Origin: Histomonas meleagridis 2922-C6/04-290x
Lineage: Eukaryota > Protista > Parabasalia
Assembly (NCBI GenBank): GCA_020184695.1
Contig: JAANOX010000126.1
Location: 496,001 to 560,000 of the forward strand
Length of the DNA: 64,000 nt
Reading direction: 5' to 3'
Below, piece after piece: positions 31,111 to 41,900 of this stretch. The notes below the pieces were generated by a model. That model had not been told where the DNA came from, did not search any database, and worked only from the letters and a program-made list of their open reading frames with translations. The stretch's first letter is position 1, and each line of letters opens with the position of its first letter. The position numbers and the translations under genes are program-made.

Positions 31111-31908
31111 TTATACATTTGCTCTTTTTGCAGCCAGTTTGTGCACTGCCTCTAATTGTCTTTTTTGCGTTTCTTCTAACTTCTTTTTCAGCGCTTCGAT
31201 TTCATCACTTAATTGATTCATTTGATTCCAAAGCTCACGATATTCTTTTTCATTCAAATAAGAATTATTTTGTAATTCATTTGGTTGTAGCTTTTGCATA
31301 ATTATCTCTTGGTGAGCTATATTCGTTTGGTCAGATGATTGAGTAACATATGTCTTTTTAAATTGTTTTAGGATTTTAAGGTTTGAATTCAAAGATTCGA
31401 GTTTCTTCTTGCTCCCTTCAATTGATTCTTTGATTTCGATTCCACTGTTGCGGGCTCGAAGCAATTTTTCTGTTTGATGTTGGATTTCAATTTCAATTTT
31501 TGCAGATTTAATAACTGCATCTCTTTCAAGTTCATCTAGTTTTTGTGATCGTGCTTGCACATTTGATAATTTTAGTTCTTCACATGCACGCAATATGAGA
31601 TCAGAATATGGAGTTGAACATTTTGATATTTTTAATAATAAATCAATTGGAGAAAGATTATTATGTTTTAGTTCTTCAAGTATTTCTTCTTTTTCTTTTT
31701 GACATTTTTTCTTGTGTAATGATTGAAGACGAAAATCGATTGGCATATCATTATGTGAAATTCTAATTTTATCTTTTTTATAAGAAGGAGAATATACAGG
31801 TGGAAGGATTTGTTGATCTAATCGTTTTAGAGGAGGAAGCTTAAATGATTCCAATTTTGCCAGGTCGATAACGTATTTAACAGTTTGTAAATCACTCAAA
31901 AAGTTCAA
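31111..31908 (-). CDS. Coiled-coil hypothetical protein; start uncertain
   Basis: 265-codon open frame with heptad-rich K/E/L content. It opens on TTG, and the first in-frame ATG is ~54 codons downstream. Confidence 0.6.
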   Translation of the reverse strand: MNFLSDLQTVKYVIDLAKLESFKLPPLKRLDQQILPPVYSPSYKKDKIRISHNDMPIDFRLQSLHKKKCQKEKEEILEELKHNNLSPIDLLLKISKCSTPYSDLILRACEELKLSNVQARSQKLDELERDAVIKSAKIEIEIQHQTEKLLRARNSGIEIKESIEGSKKKLESLNSNLKILKQFKKTYVTQSSDQTNIAHQEIIMQKLQPNELQNNSYLNEKEYRELWNQMNQLSDEIEALKKKLEETQKRQLEAVHKLAAKRANV

Positions 31909-32227
31909 CTTGTCTCAATGCGATAAAAATGGAAACAAGAACATGGATTAAAATTAATTCCAATTAAAGACAGCCTTAATGTTAACAACAAATATGCTAA
32001 ATTATAACTATGACATTCACTTATACTTTTAGAAATCAATTGATTTAAATATTTATATTCATAATCTCGTTTTTATTAATACTTTTATTATATACCATTA
32101 ATTGGTCACTTGTAAAAGCTAAAGGATAAGTCATTAATAAATAAAATAAGGTGCAAAACGAATTTTGCCATTTGAAAACAAACCGTTTATTTGTTTTTTT
32201 GCAATTTTGACTTATTCAATTTGAGAA

Positions 32228-34642
32228 ATGGGAGGAGAAGAATCAAATCCAATTTTGAAAGAATCATGTTTTGATTTAACATTACGCGATGCATCTCTTG
32301 ATAAAATCCCATATCAAATAATCGAGAATCATCCTCTCAAAAATCTTGATCTAGAAAATAACAGAATTAAAACTCTTCCTCTAGGACTTACAAATTTGAA
32401 ATATATCAACCTAGGAAAAAATGATTTTGATGAAATACCAGAAGAAATTATCAATGCATTTATTTCATATGCTTCATTAACACAATTGAAACTTAGTGAA
32501 AATCGTTTTGTTGAAGTTCCAAAAAGGCTAGAAGAACTTGCGTCTTTAGAAGTTCTTGTTTTAAATGGAAATAAAATTACACAAATCAATAACTTAAACT
32601 TTCCCAAACTCAATACACTTGATTTATCATGTAACTTAATCACTACTATTCAAGAAATTCCTGCTAATTTAACTTTTTTAAATGCAAGTTTTAACAAGAT
32701 CAATCAAATTTCATTTCTCAGTCAAAATCTTCAAAAACTGAATTTATCAGGAAACAATTTAACTGAAATTCCTGATGATATTTCTTTTCCTGCTCTTTAT
32801 TTACTTGTTATTTCATATAATAAAATATCACAAATTAAAAATCTCAAAAAATTTGCACCACGACTCGAAAATTTTAATGCCTCTCATAACTATATTAGTG
32901 AATTTCCAGAATTTCCAGAAACCATTTCAATCATTACACTTGATAATAACAGATTGTCAACTATTCCATCACTCACTAAATACAACCAGCTTCGAATCTT
33001 AACTCTTTACCACAATTATATCACCAACTTACCAGCATTGCCATCATCTTTACGCCAATTTGGCATTTTTGAAAATCGCATATCAACAATTGATGAACAA
33101 CCAGAGTTTACACTCAAATCGATTGACTTACATTCCAATTTACTTACCACCATTCCAACACTTCCTAATCTTTTAGTATATAGTTTATCAAATAATCAAA
33201 TCACAAGTTTTAATGCGGACAACCTATGTAAAAGCATTTATAAACTTGATCTATCATCCAATGGTATCGAAGAAGTGCCTCCATCTCTCTTCAAGCTCCC
33301 GCATTTGACGCAACTTTTTCTACACAATAACTCTGTCACTTTTTTACCGGATGAAATTTCACTTTCGCACATTGAAATATTATCAATTAGCAACAACCCG
33401 ATTAGCATCATTCCAGTTATGCCAATAACTTTATCAATATTTATTGCTTCCAATTGTTTATTTGATGAATTTCCCGAAGGATTAACATTTGCTGATAAGA
33501 TATCAACAATTAATTTATCCAATAATCGAATTGATAAAGTTCCATATTTCCCAATGGTCGAAAACTTATTTATGTCATGTAATGAAATTGTTCATGTATC
33601 CGATTTACCTGAAGTTATTCGTGAAGTTGATTTCTCACATAATAAAATCCGAACATTTACACTTGGACAAAAATGCGATTTCTTTAAAGACTTAAACTTA
33701 TCACATAATAACCTACAACAATTCGATTGCCGAAACACATTGCCATCATTAAACTCATTAAAGCTTAGTCATAATCCAGACTTCGAAACATTAAACTTAT
33801 TGAACTTCCCATCACTTTCATATTTGGATATAAATCATACGAAAGTGAAACTTAATTATGATGAAATTAAAATATCAAAATATAAAGAAATTGTTCTTAA
33901 CGAAAATAAATTAGTTTCTTATATAACAAAATACTTCGATGATAAAGATAACGTCGGATATGCTGAAATGAAAGGTAACAGAGATGAAATGGAAGATTCA
34001 TTAATCATTAGACAAGAAGAAGAATTACAAATATATGCCGTAATCGATGGGCATGCTGGAAATCTCACATCTTCTTTGGCCGCATATAAAATACCAAAAT
34101 ACATTAAAGAATTCACTTTAATGGATGTCGTCGACGGTTTGAAGAGACTCGTCGACTTTTTGAGAAGAAAGAACGTTAAGGACGGGGCCACTTTGGCACT
34201 TGTCGTAAAGCATGGAAATGCGATCATATGCGCAAACATTGGAGATTCTAGAGCTTTAATTGTGAGAAAAGATGGATCTGCATTCCCATTATCTTATGAT
34301 CATAAGCCTTACGAACGTGATGAGTTGGAAAGAATTAGAAGTGAAGGTGCTGAAGTATATGATGATAGAACTCAAGGAATTTTAGCTATTTCAAGATCTA
34401 TTGGAGATTTCTCGATTAAGGGAGTATCGGCTGTGCCTTGTATTAATACATATGAGTTGGATAAAGATGACGCAAGAATTGTAATTGCATGTGATGGAGT
34501 ATTTGACGTGCTTTCAGTTGAAGAAGTAGGAAAACTAGTACAGAGCGAAACAGATCCTTCAGTAGCTGCTCATAAAGTTAGAAATAATGCGTATGCAAAA
34601 CAGAGCGATGATAACATTTCGGTGGTTGTTGTGAATCTGTAA
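32228..34642 (+). CDS. Leucine-rich repeat + PP2C (PPM) protein phosphatase
   Basis: About 20 LxxLxLxxN repeats, then PP2C motifs GNRDEMED, DGHAG, DGAT, ANIGDSR, DHKP, SRSIGD, ACDGVFD and DDNISV. The N-terminus is MG. Confidence 0.93.
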   Translation: MGGEESNPILKESCFDLTLRDASLDKIPYQIIENHPLKNLDLENNRIKTLPLGLTNLKYINLGKNDFDEIPEEIINAFISYASLTQLKLSENRFVEVPKRLEELASLEVLVLNGNKITQINNLNFPKLNTLDLSCNLITTIQEIPANLTFLNASFNKINQISFLSQNLQKLNLSGNNLTEIPDDISFPALYLLVISYNKISQIKNLKKFAPRLENFNASHNYISEFPEFPETISIITLDNNRLSTIPSLTKYNQLRILTLYHNYITNLPALPSSLRQFGIFENRISTIDEQPEFTLKSIDLHSNLLTTIPTLPNLLVYSLSNNQITSFNADNLCKSIYKLDLSSNGIEEVPPSLFKLPHLTQLFLHNNSVTFLPDEISLSHIEILSISNNPISIIPVMPITLSIFIASNCLFDEFPEGLTFADKISTINLSNNRIDKVPYFPMVENLFMSCNEIVHVSDLPEVIREVDFSHNKIRTFTLGQKCDFFKDLNLSHNNLQQFDCRNTLPSLNSLKLSHNPDFETLNLLNFPSLSYLDINHTKVKLNYDEIKISKYKEIVLNENKLVSYITKYFDDKDNVGYAEMKGNRDEMEDSLIIRQEEELQIYAVIDGHAGNLTSSLAAYKIPKYIKEFTLMDVVDGLKRLVDFLRRKNVKDGATLALVVKHGNAIICANIGDSRALIVRKDGSAFPLSYDHKPYERDELERIRSEGAEVYDDRTQGILAISRSIGDFSIKGVSAVPCINTYELDKDDARIVIACDGVFDVLSVEEVGKLVQSETDPSVAAHKVRNNAYAKQSDDNISVVVVNL

Positions 34643-35121
34643 AAAAATCAACAAAAATTTACCAAATTGAAATAAAGAAAACAATAAAATGCATTGAGTA
34701 TTTCATATTTTCATTTGTACCAAATAGAGATTTTCAACATTCAAAAAAGACATGTTCATTACTTCCAAGTGATTGCTGGAATTAGATGTAAGCCAACTCG
34801 ATAAGAAGTTGATTAACCGCATAAAACTATTATCGACCGTTAATGATCGTTTATAAAGGAACGTTTTTTTATTCGAAAATCTTTATGTGTAAAATTCTCA
34901 TCTACTCTTGAGATGAACTTATGATCTATGTTCAATAGCAAGTTCAATATTAGCCTTCCTTTTTTGAAGATCAACTTCGTTTCGAAAATTTTGGAGGTTG
35001 AACGATGAATAAAGCTTTGTTTCTGACAACCCATTTATTTTTCAGTTGACAACGCACACAAATTCTTTCAAAAGTGTAATTTATAAATTGGTCGAGAGCT
35101 CTCAATTTTTTATATTTTTCA

Positions 35122-37803
35122 ATGGAGGCTGAAGGAAAGGATCTCAGCACAGCGCAACATCCTTCCGATGAATTAAAGCAACAACCAAATGGAAGCGTGT
35201 CAGGAGGGAGTTCCTCAGAAATTTCAAAACAAATTTCTGATTTTTTAATAAAAATGCAAATTGATGAAATTCCAAAAGAACAATGCAATGAAATAATCTC
35301 ATGTTTCATAAAGCTTCAAAGCTTTGTTCTAGATCTTGCTTTAATCCAAGATTATGACAAAATTCCAATTTTTATTGAAGCAAATCTTCAAAAAATTCTC
35401 AACGCAGAAAAAGTTTCATATTGGGCACCATTTGAAGCGCCTGATCTTTGGATAAGTCCAATCGATCTCACGACTAAGCAAATCCAAAAAATCGAAAATA
35501 GCGCCAAAATCGAGAACGTTAACTTCATCGTTATCAAAAGTGACACCGAGAAATACGGTTTAATTGAAATCACGATGAAAGATTTAATTTCAGAATCTTT
35601 GTTTAGTTTACTTTGCTATTTCTCAGAAACGATTTCGACGATAATTTCGAGAATATGTAATTCATTTTCCAATTGTGAAAACATCATAAATATTATATAT
35701 TCATTAATTCAACCTCAAAATATAACAATTGACGGACTTAAATATAATCTTCAGGTGATCAAATCAAATATTAAATGTGATTCAATTGAATTATTTTGGG
35801 TATTAAAAGATACATTATATACAATTGATGGTAAAATAGATAATTTTAATGATTACTTAACTCAAATTAAAGATAATAAACCAAAATTTACATACGACAC
35901 TATAATATATCCAACGTATAGTTCCAAAAACAAATTAATATACATTTTAATCCTTAAGAATAAAACCCAAATATTTACAATGCAAACATTTTATACTATA
36001 GCTAAAATCAACCCAATACTTTATAACACTATAAAACAATTGTTCTCGAAAGAAAACAACAAAATATATTATCGTTTTATGAAATCGTTAACAAAAATTT
36101 CAGAAATTATTTCAAATCAAAACAATAATAACAACGTAAATAATATTTTAAACATTGCATGTAATGTATTTATATGTAATTATGGTGTTATATATAAAAT
36201 AAATGAAAATGAAGAAATTAAATCATTAATTACTATTGGATTTAATGATAAAGAAATCGAAACAAATTTCATTGAAAACATCATTAAAAATGTAATAAAA
36301 GATAAGAAATCAATTATATATAATAAGAAAATTAAAATTACTGAAACACTTATATCGAAATCAACAATTATTTCACCGATTCTTAATAGAAACAATGAAA
36401 TTATTGGAATAATTCAATTAATTCGTGATGTTAATTTGCAACAAAAGTTTACAGAAAACGAAATTATAATTTTACAATTTTTCTCTTCATTTTTATCCAA
36501 TTTATTAAATGATGAATTTATAAATGAATTTAATAATTTAAACAAATTAATTACTAAAGACATTAATTCTATAGAATTCATAAATAATGCAAAAGAACTT
36601 TGTAATGTTAAATCATTTTCTTTAGTTAAAACAAAAACGAATTTTCCAATTATTATTAACAATGAAATAACGCAATATATTCAAATCAAAAATGAAAATG
36701 AGTTAACAACAACACAACAATTAGCAATTAGAACAATATCAAACATAATAACAATTAAAGAAGAATTAAATAAAACGCAACGACAAATTCCATCAGCATT
36801 TTCACTTGAGAAATATCTTGATTTAAATACTGAAGAAGAATTAATTGGAATTCCAAACAAATTAAAATCCACAAAAGAAGAAAAACAAATATTTAATACA
36901 TATTCATTATACATTTTTGATTTAACTGAGTTACAACAAATTAAACTTTTGTTTTATATCTTTAAGAAATTCAATTTATTTAATATTTATCAAATAAAAG
37001 CAACAACATTATTAATTCTTTTAATCACAATCAAAAATAATTATCAAAATAACCCTTATCATGCATGGTGTCATGCAGTTGATGTATTACATTTTTGTTA
37101 TATTGCAATACAAAACATTACAACATATCAATTTAATGATCTAGACAAATTCATATTATATTTTTCAACATTATCACATGACTTAGGCCATTTAGGATTC
37201 TCGAGTAAGTTCTTAATCAAAACTCAAAACCCATTAAGTTTAATTAATGGCGAAAATAGTATTTTAGAGAAATATCACTTATCAATTATGTTAAAAATAT
37301 TTAATAACTTTGGTAATGATATCCTTAATAAGTTAAATCATGAAGAGAAAAAAATATTTTGGGAAACTTCAATCCATATAATATTAATGACTGATATGGA
37401 TAAACATAATAAATCTTTGGAAGATTGGGATGAAATGATGAAAAGAGGTATCGATATTAATGACAAAGATGATAAATTAAGATTAATGGCATTCATTGTA
37501 CAAAATGCTGATATATCAAACTCGTCAAGACCTTTCGATGTTGCTAAGAAATGGGCCGAACGAATTTTGCTGGAAAACTTTATGCAAGGCGACATTGAGC
37601 TGGAATTAGGTTTGGGATATTCGTCAAACTTAACAAATAGAAATACAAAATTACCAAATTCACAAATCGGTTTCATTTCAGGTGTATGTGCACCAATGTT
37701 TAAGAAAATAGCCGAGTTCTTCCCCGAGTTAAGTTATGTTTATGAAAACGCAGTAGAAAATGTGGAATTGTACAAACAAATGGAACAAAATGATAATGTT
37801 TGA
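35122..37803 (+). CDS. Class I cyclic-nucleotide phosphodiesterase with GAF-like N-terminal region
   Basis: NPYHAWCHAVDV, SHDLGHLG, LEKYH, TDM, NADISN, ENFMQGD and SQIGFI. The segment IISPILN..NEIIGIIQL..D....KFTENE resembles a GAF domain. Confidence 0.92.
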   Translation: MEAEGKDLSTAQHPSDELKQQPNGSVSGGSSSEISKQISDFLIKMQIDEIPKEQCNEIISCFIKLQSFVLDLALIQDYDKIPIFIEANLQKILNAEKVSYWAPFEAPDLWISPIDLTTKQIQKIENSAKIENVNFIVIKSDTEKYGLIEITMKDLISESLFSLLCYFSETISTIISRICNSFSNCENIINIIYSLIQPQNITIDGLKYNLQVIKSNIKCDSIELFWVLKDTLYTIDGKIDNFNDYLTQIKDNKPKFTYDTIIYPTYSSKNKLIYILILKNKTQIFTMQTFYTIAKINPILYNTIKQLFSKENNKIYYRFMKSLTKISEIISNQNNNNNVNNILNIACNVFICNYGVIYKINENEEIKSLITIGFNDKEIETNFIENIIKNVIKDKKSIIYNKKIKITETLISKSTIISPILNRNNEIIGIIQLIRDVNLQQKFTENEIIILQFFSSFLSNLLNDEFINEFNNLNKLITKDINSIEFINNAKELCNVKSFSLVKTKTNFPIIINNEITQYIQIKNENELTTTQQLAIRTISNIITIKEELNKTQRQIPSAFSLEKYLDLNTEEELIGIPNKLKSTKEEKQIFNTYSLYIFDLTELQQIKLLFYIFKKFNLFNIYQIKATTLLILLITIKNNYQNNPYHAWCHAVDVLHFCYIAIQNITTYQFNDLDKFILYFSTLSHDLGHLGFSSKFLIKTQNPLSLINGENSILEKYHLSIMLKIFNNFGNDILNKLNHEEKKIFWETSIHIILMTDMDKHNKSLEDWDEMMKRGIDINDKDDKLRLMAFIVQNADISNSSRPFDVAKKWAERILLENFMQGDIELELGLGYSSNLTNRNTKLPNSQIGFISGVCAPMFKKIAEFFPELSYVYENAVENVELYKQMEQNDNV

Positions 37804-38175
37804 ATGGAAATAAATATTAATGTAGTTAAAACTTTTTTTTTATTATTAAATGATCAATAAAATTGAACGGAATTGATATCAAATAATTTGGTAATTAAAG
37901 AGGGGAAAATCGAGGAGAATTATTAGAAAAGAAATTTAAGATGTACTTAAGAAAGTGAGCTTGAATTTTGGTGTAAAACCATAAATCTTACGCGACAGTT
38001 AATGAAATGAAGAAGGTTAATTCACCATTTTTATTACCAAAATTGTCTATCAGATTTTTCTTGAGCTTTTGTACAGTTAATATATAGCTTAATTTATGCA
38101 TATGTAACCCAAAAAAAAGTGTAGGCTGTGAGATATTTGAAGTGTCACAACCTATAATTAGAGTAGAAATATGAA

Positions 38176-40365
38176 TCAAATATTGAAATTCAGTTTCGAA
38201 ATGGATTTATTTTTTTTTTCTTTTTCTAATTGTTCAAGAAGTAATTTAACTATTTCTGTATGACCTTTTGAAGATGCATACATAAGTGCTGTTTTAAATA
38301 ATTTAAATAATTTCCAAATATTATTTTGAATTTCCAAATTATTAAAATAAATATTAAATAAAACAAATAAATATTTTTAGCATTAATATCAATTCCTTCT
38401 TGTTCAAGAAGTAATTTAACTATTTCTGTATGACCTTTTGATATTTCAATCATAAGTACAGTTTTAAATAATTTAAATAATTTCCAAATATTATTTTGAA
38501 ATAAAAAATTATTATAATAAATATAAAATAAAACAAATAAATATTTTTAGCATTAATATCAATTCCTTCTTGTTCAAGAAGTAATTTAACTATTTCTATT
38601 CTGTCATTTAAAGATGCTAAAATAAGTGCTGTATAAAATATTTTAAATAATTTCCAAATATTATTTTGAAATAGAAAATTATTAAAATAAATTATAAATC
38701 AAACAAATAAATATCTTTAGCATTAATATCAATTCCTTCTTGTTCAAGAAGTAATTTGACTATTTTTGTATGACCATTTTTTGATGCATTCATAAGTGCT
38801 GTATGAAATATTTTAAATAATTTCCAAATATTATTTTGAAATCCAGAATTATTAAAATAAATATTAAATAAAACAAATAAATATCTTTAGCATTAATATC
38901 AATTTCTTTTTGTTCAAGAAGCAATTTAACTATTTCTATATACCCTTTTAAAGATGTTTTCATGAGTGCTGTTTCATATAATTTAAATAATTTCCAAATA
39001 TTATTTTGAATTTCCAAATTATTAAAATAAATTTTAACTAAAATAAATAAATATCTTTAGCATTAACATCAATTCCTTCTTGTTCAAGAAATAATTTAAC
39101 TACTTCTGTATGACCATAATCAGATGCTTCCATAAGTGCTGTTCTAAATAATTTAAATAATTTTTAAATATTATTTTGAAATATTCCAAAATTATTAAAA
39201 TAAACTTTAAATAAAACAAATAAATATCTTTAGCATTGATATCAATTCCTTCTTGTTCAAGAAGTAATTTAACTATTTCTGTACGACCTTTCCAAGATGC
39301 TAAAATAAGTGCTGTATTAAATAAAAAAAATAATTTCTAAATATTATTTTGAAATACTAAATTATTAAAATAAATTTTAAATAAAACAAAAAAATATCTT
39401 TAGCATTGATATCAATTCCTTCTTGTTCAAGAAGTAATTTAACGATTTCTGTATGACCTCTTTCAGATGCTTTAATAAGAGCTGTATTAAACATTTAAAA
39501 TCATTTTTAAATATTATTTTGAAATCCAACACTATTAAAATAAATAATAAATGAAATATATTAATATCTTTAGCATTAATATCAATTCCTTTTTGCTTTA
39601 AAATGTATATAACAAGTTCAATATTACCTGAAATCGAAGCAAATACTAAAATATTTTTTGGAAGTTGATTATTTTTAAGGAAATATTTTACAAGATAAAT
39701 ATTTCCAATTTGTGCTGAATCATTGATAATATTATTATTAATCTTCATTCTTTTTTTTATCAAAAATGTAAAAATTTCATAATTAAAATAAGAAATACAT
39801 TTTTCCCCTAATTTTTTTAAATTATTAATCTTTTCGAATTTGTTTTCATAAAGATATTGAAAGATATCATTTCGATGAAATCGAATTGCTGCTTCATATG
39901 CACCTTTAAATGATGAATGATTTTGTTCACATAAATGAATAATTTCTTCATTTCCACCAGCAATTGCATATTTACCTGCGTTTCCTATGTTTGCGCCATT
40001 CATAAGTAAATATTTAAAACATTTATCTGATGAAAAAAATGCTGCAGAATCAATTAATGTAACATCCCAATTGTTAATAAATGAACATCTTTCATAAAGT
40101 GATGGATCAATAAATTGACTAAAATCAAAATTTTCTTGTGATGATATTTCTTGAAGTTTTTCTATTTCATCATTTCGAATTATTTTCGCAATTTCATTAG
40201 GATTATGTCCTTCTTTAATTAATTTTTTATGAAGTTCCCAATCATTCTTTGAAAGTGAAATGATGCTTGAGCAAAATCATCAATATTCAAACCAAAAATT
40301 ATATTTTTGAAAGTTATAAATGTTTCCCACTCATTTTGAGATTTAAGATCTGTTTGATGATACAT
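38176..40365 (-). pseudogene. DUF3447 + ankyrin-repeat locus A, interrupted by 8 spacers and carrying a frameshifting internal deletion near the 5' end
   Basis: An ATG at 40365 opens a short frame that shifts into LSKNDWELHKK near 40260. The frame is then open to IDINAKD at ~39565, followed by 8 further ankyrin cassettes and a stop at 38176-38178. Confidence 0.7.
38230..39600 (-). repeat. 170-bp tandem array (90-nt ankyrin cassette + 80-nt spacer)
   Basis: CATT(A/G)AYATC recurs at 38381, 38551, 38721, 38891, 39061, 39234 and 39404. The period is 170 nt, once 173. Confidence 0.97.
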
Positions 40366-40997
40366 TTTGAATTGTGTTATATTACGGCTTAATCGGGGAA
40401 CGTTAGATACATGTTATGCAAAAGTGATTTTCTGTTAAAATTTAACAAAAAAGCTTTTTTGTGAAGCTGTGTTGGAATAATAATGTTAGCAAAAACCTCT
40501 CTAAAGGAAAATCGATTTCATTGAAATTGTTTATCACAAAGCAATTTAAATATTTTTAATACATTAAAAATATTTTCTTATTAGAGAAAGCTATCATTAA
40601 ATTTGGAAATAATATCTATATAAAATTAATTTTAGTTATATAGTTGAATAAATTAAATGAATTTTTGAAAAATCCAAAAGATTTGTAGAATTTGATGTAT
40701 TTGATTCTTTCTCATTTTGTTTTACTTTTGATTAAAAAATGATTACTTATCATTCTCATCTTTTTTACGAAAAAAATTTTGATTGTCACTTTTGGAAATT
40801 AATAAAGAAAAACGAAATTACAATCTCAAATTTAAACGCAATCTATGTGATCATCAAAAAGTGGTAATTTCTGAAGTTTACGATTGTCAAGCACAGTTGC
40901 ATGCAGGTGCACTTTTTTCGCATCGCTCAATAGTTCCTTTATCATCCTTTAAAAAGTGCCGTTGTTTGACTAGCTTTGCTCGAATATATTATTTCGG

Positions 40998-41498
40998 ATG
41001 TCTTCGCTGCCCCTTGATGACCCATTTTGCCCAGCATGGACACCTTTCTTTGGGTTTGCTGGAATTTGTATCGGCGTGGTGTTAGCTTGCGCTGGCAGTG
41101 CAATTGGTACAGCTAAATGTGGAATTGGATTGGCAAGTGCTTCTCTTATTAACAAATCAGTAATTGTTCGTGGGCTGATTGCGCCAATTATGGCCGGTAT
41201 TATTGGTATTTATGGCCTTGTTTTTGCTATTGTAGTTCTTGATTCAATCGTTGCTACCGGTTATCATATTGCAAAAGCATTTGCTCACTTTAGTGGTGGC
41301 GTATGCGTTGGGTTCACTGGTCTTGCTGCAGGTCTCACAATTGGAATCTCAGGTCAAATTGGAATTATCTCATTTGCCAAGCAACCAGGACTTTTTGTAG
41401 GTATGACACTCGTTTTGATTTTCGGTGAAGTTTTAGGTATCTATGGCATGGTCATTTCACTTGTTCTTAACTCAAAAACATATAGTTGCACCAATTGA
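40998..41498 (+). CDS. VMA3: V-type ATPase proteolipid subunit c
   Basis: Four TM helices, GSAIGTAK, PIMAGIIGIYGL, and the conserved Glu in LIFGEVLGIYG. Confidence 0.92.
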   Translation: MSSLPLDDPFCPAWTPFFGFAGICIGVVLACAGSAIGTAKCGIGLASASLINKSVIVRGLIAPIMAGIIGIYGLVFAIVVLDSIVATGYHIAKAFAHFSGGVCVGFTGLAAGLTIGISGQIGIISFAKQPGLFVGMTLVLIFGEVLGIYGMVISLVLNSKTYSCTN

Positions 41499-41742
41499 AT
41501 AAAAACTTGCTAGAATATTTTGGGTTATGCATGTTGAATTTTTGCAAAATCATGAATATAATTGTTTATATATTTATTAAAAAAAATTAATTAAATATTT
41601 TATATTCAGATGCAGCAATATTAGTTCAAAAACGTATCCAATTTGAAGAAAAAAGAATGTCCTTGAAAAATACAAATTAGAAACCAATTAGAATAATATG
41701 ATGAAGAATTTATAAAAAATTATAATGATCCGATTACAGATG

Positions 41743-41750
41743 AAAAAAAA
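41743..41750 (-). terminator. Pol III oligo-T terminator of tRNA-Glu
   Basis: T8 on the minus strand immediately 3' of the tRNA. Confidence 0.75.
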
Positions 41751-41822
41751 CTCCGGCTCGGGGAGTCGAACCCCGCTCGCACGGATGAGAACCGTATATC
41801 CTAACCGATGAACGAAGCCGGA
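41751..41822 (-). tRNA. tRNA-Glu (anticodon CTC)
   Basis: The minus strand folds as acceptor TCCGGCT/AGCCGGA, anticodon stem TACGG/CCGTG with loop TT-CTC-AT, and T-arm CGGGG-TTCGACT-CCCCG. Length 72 nt. Confidence 0.95.
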
Positions 41823-41900
41823 ACACATTAATTTTTTCTATCTTTAGTATATATATTTAACATATGCAAGAAAAGAATTTCTAACGTATTTTGCAATCTA

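Noticed and set aside
38284-38363. Canonical GT-AG intron using GTTTTA (spacer nt 9) and the AG of ACAG
   Set aside because: The join ATT TAT TT|C ACT TAT is out of frame and deletes the conserved Thr. The GT is missing in 2 of 16 spacers, and the AG is missing where the cassette starts ACT-GTA or ACA-ACA.
38290-38373. U12-type AT-AC intron (G|ATATTT...AAAC|AGCA)
   Set aside because: The join is out of frame, and the ATATCC donor and TCCTTAAC branch consensus are absent.
38230-39600. CRISPR-like repeat-spacer reading of the 170-bp arrays
   Set aside because: The context is eukaryotic, the units encode ankyrin repeats, there are no cas genes, and both parts of the unit are homologous between copies.
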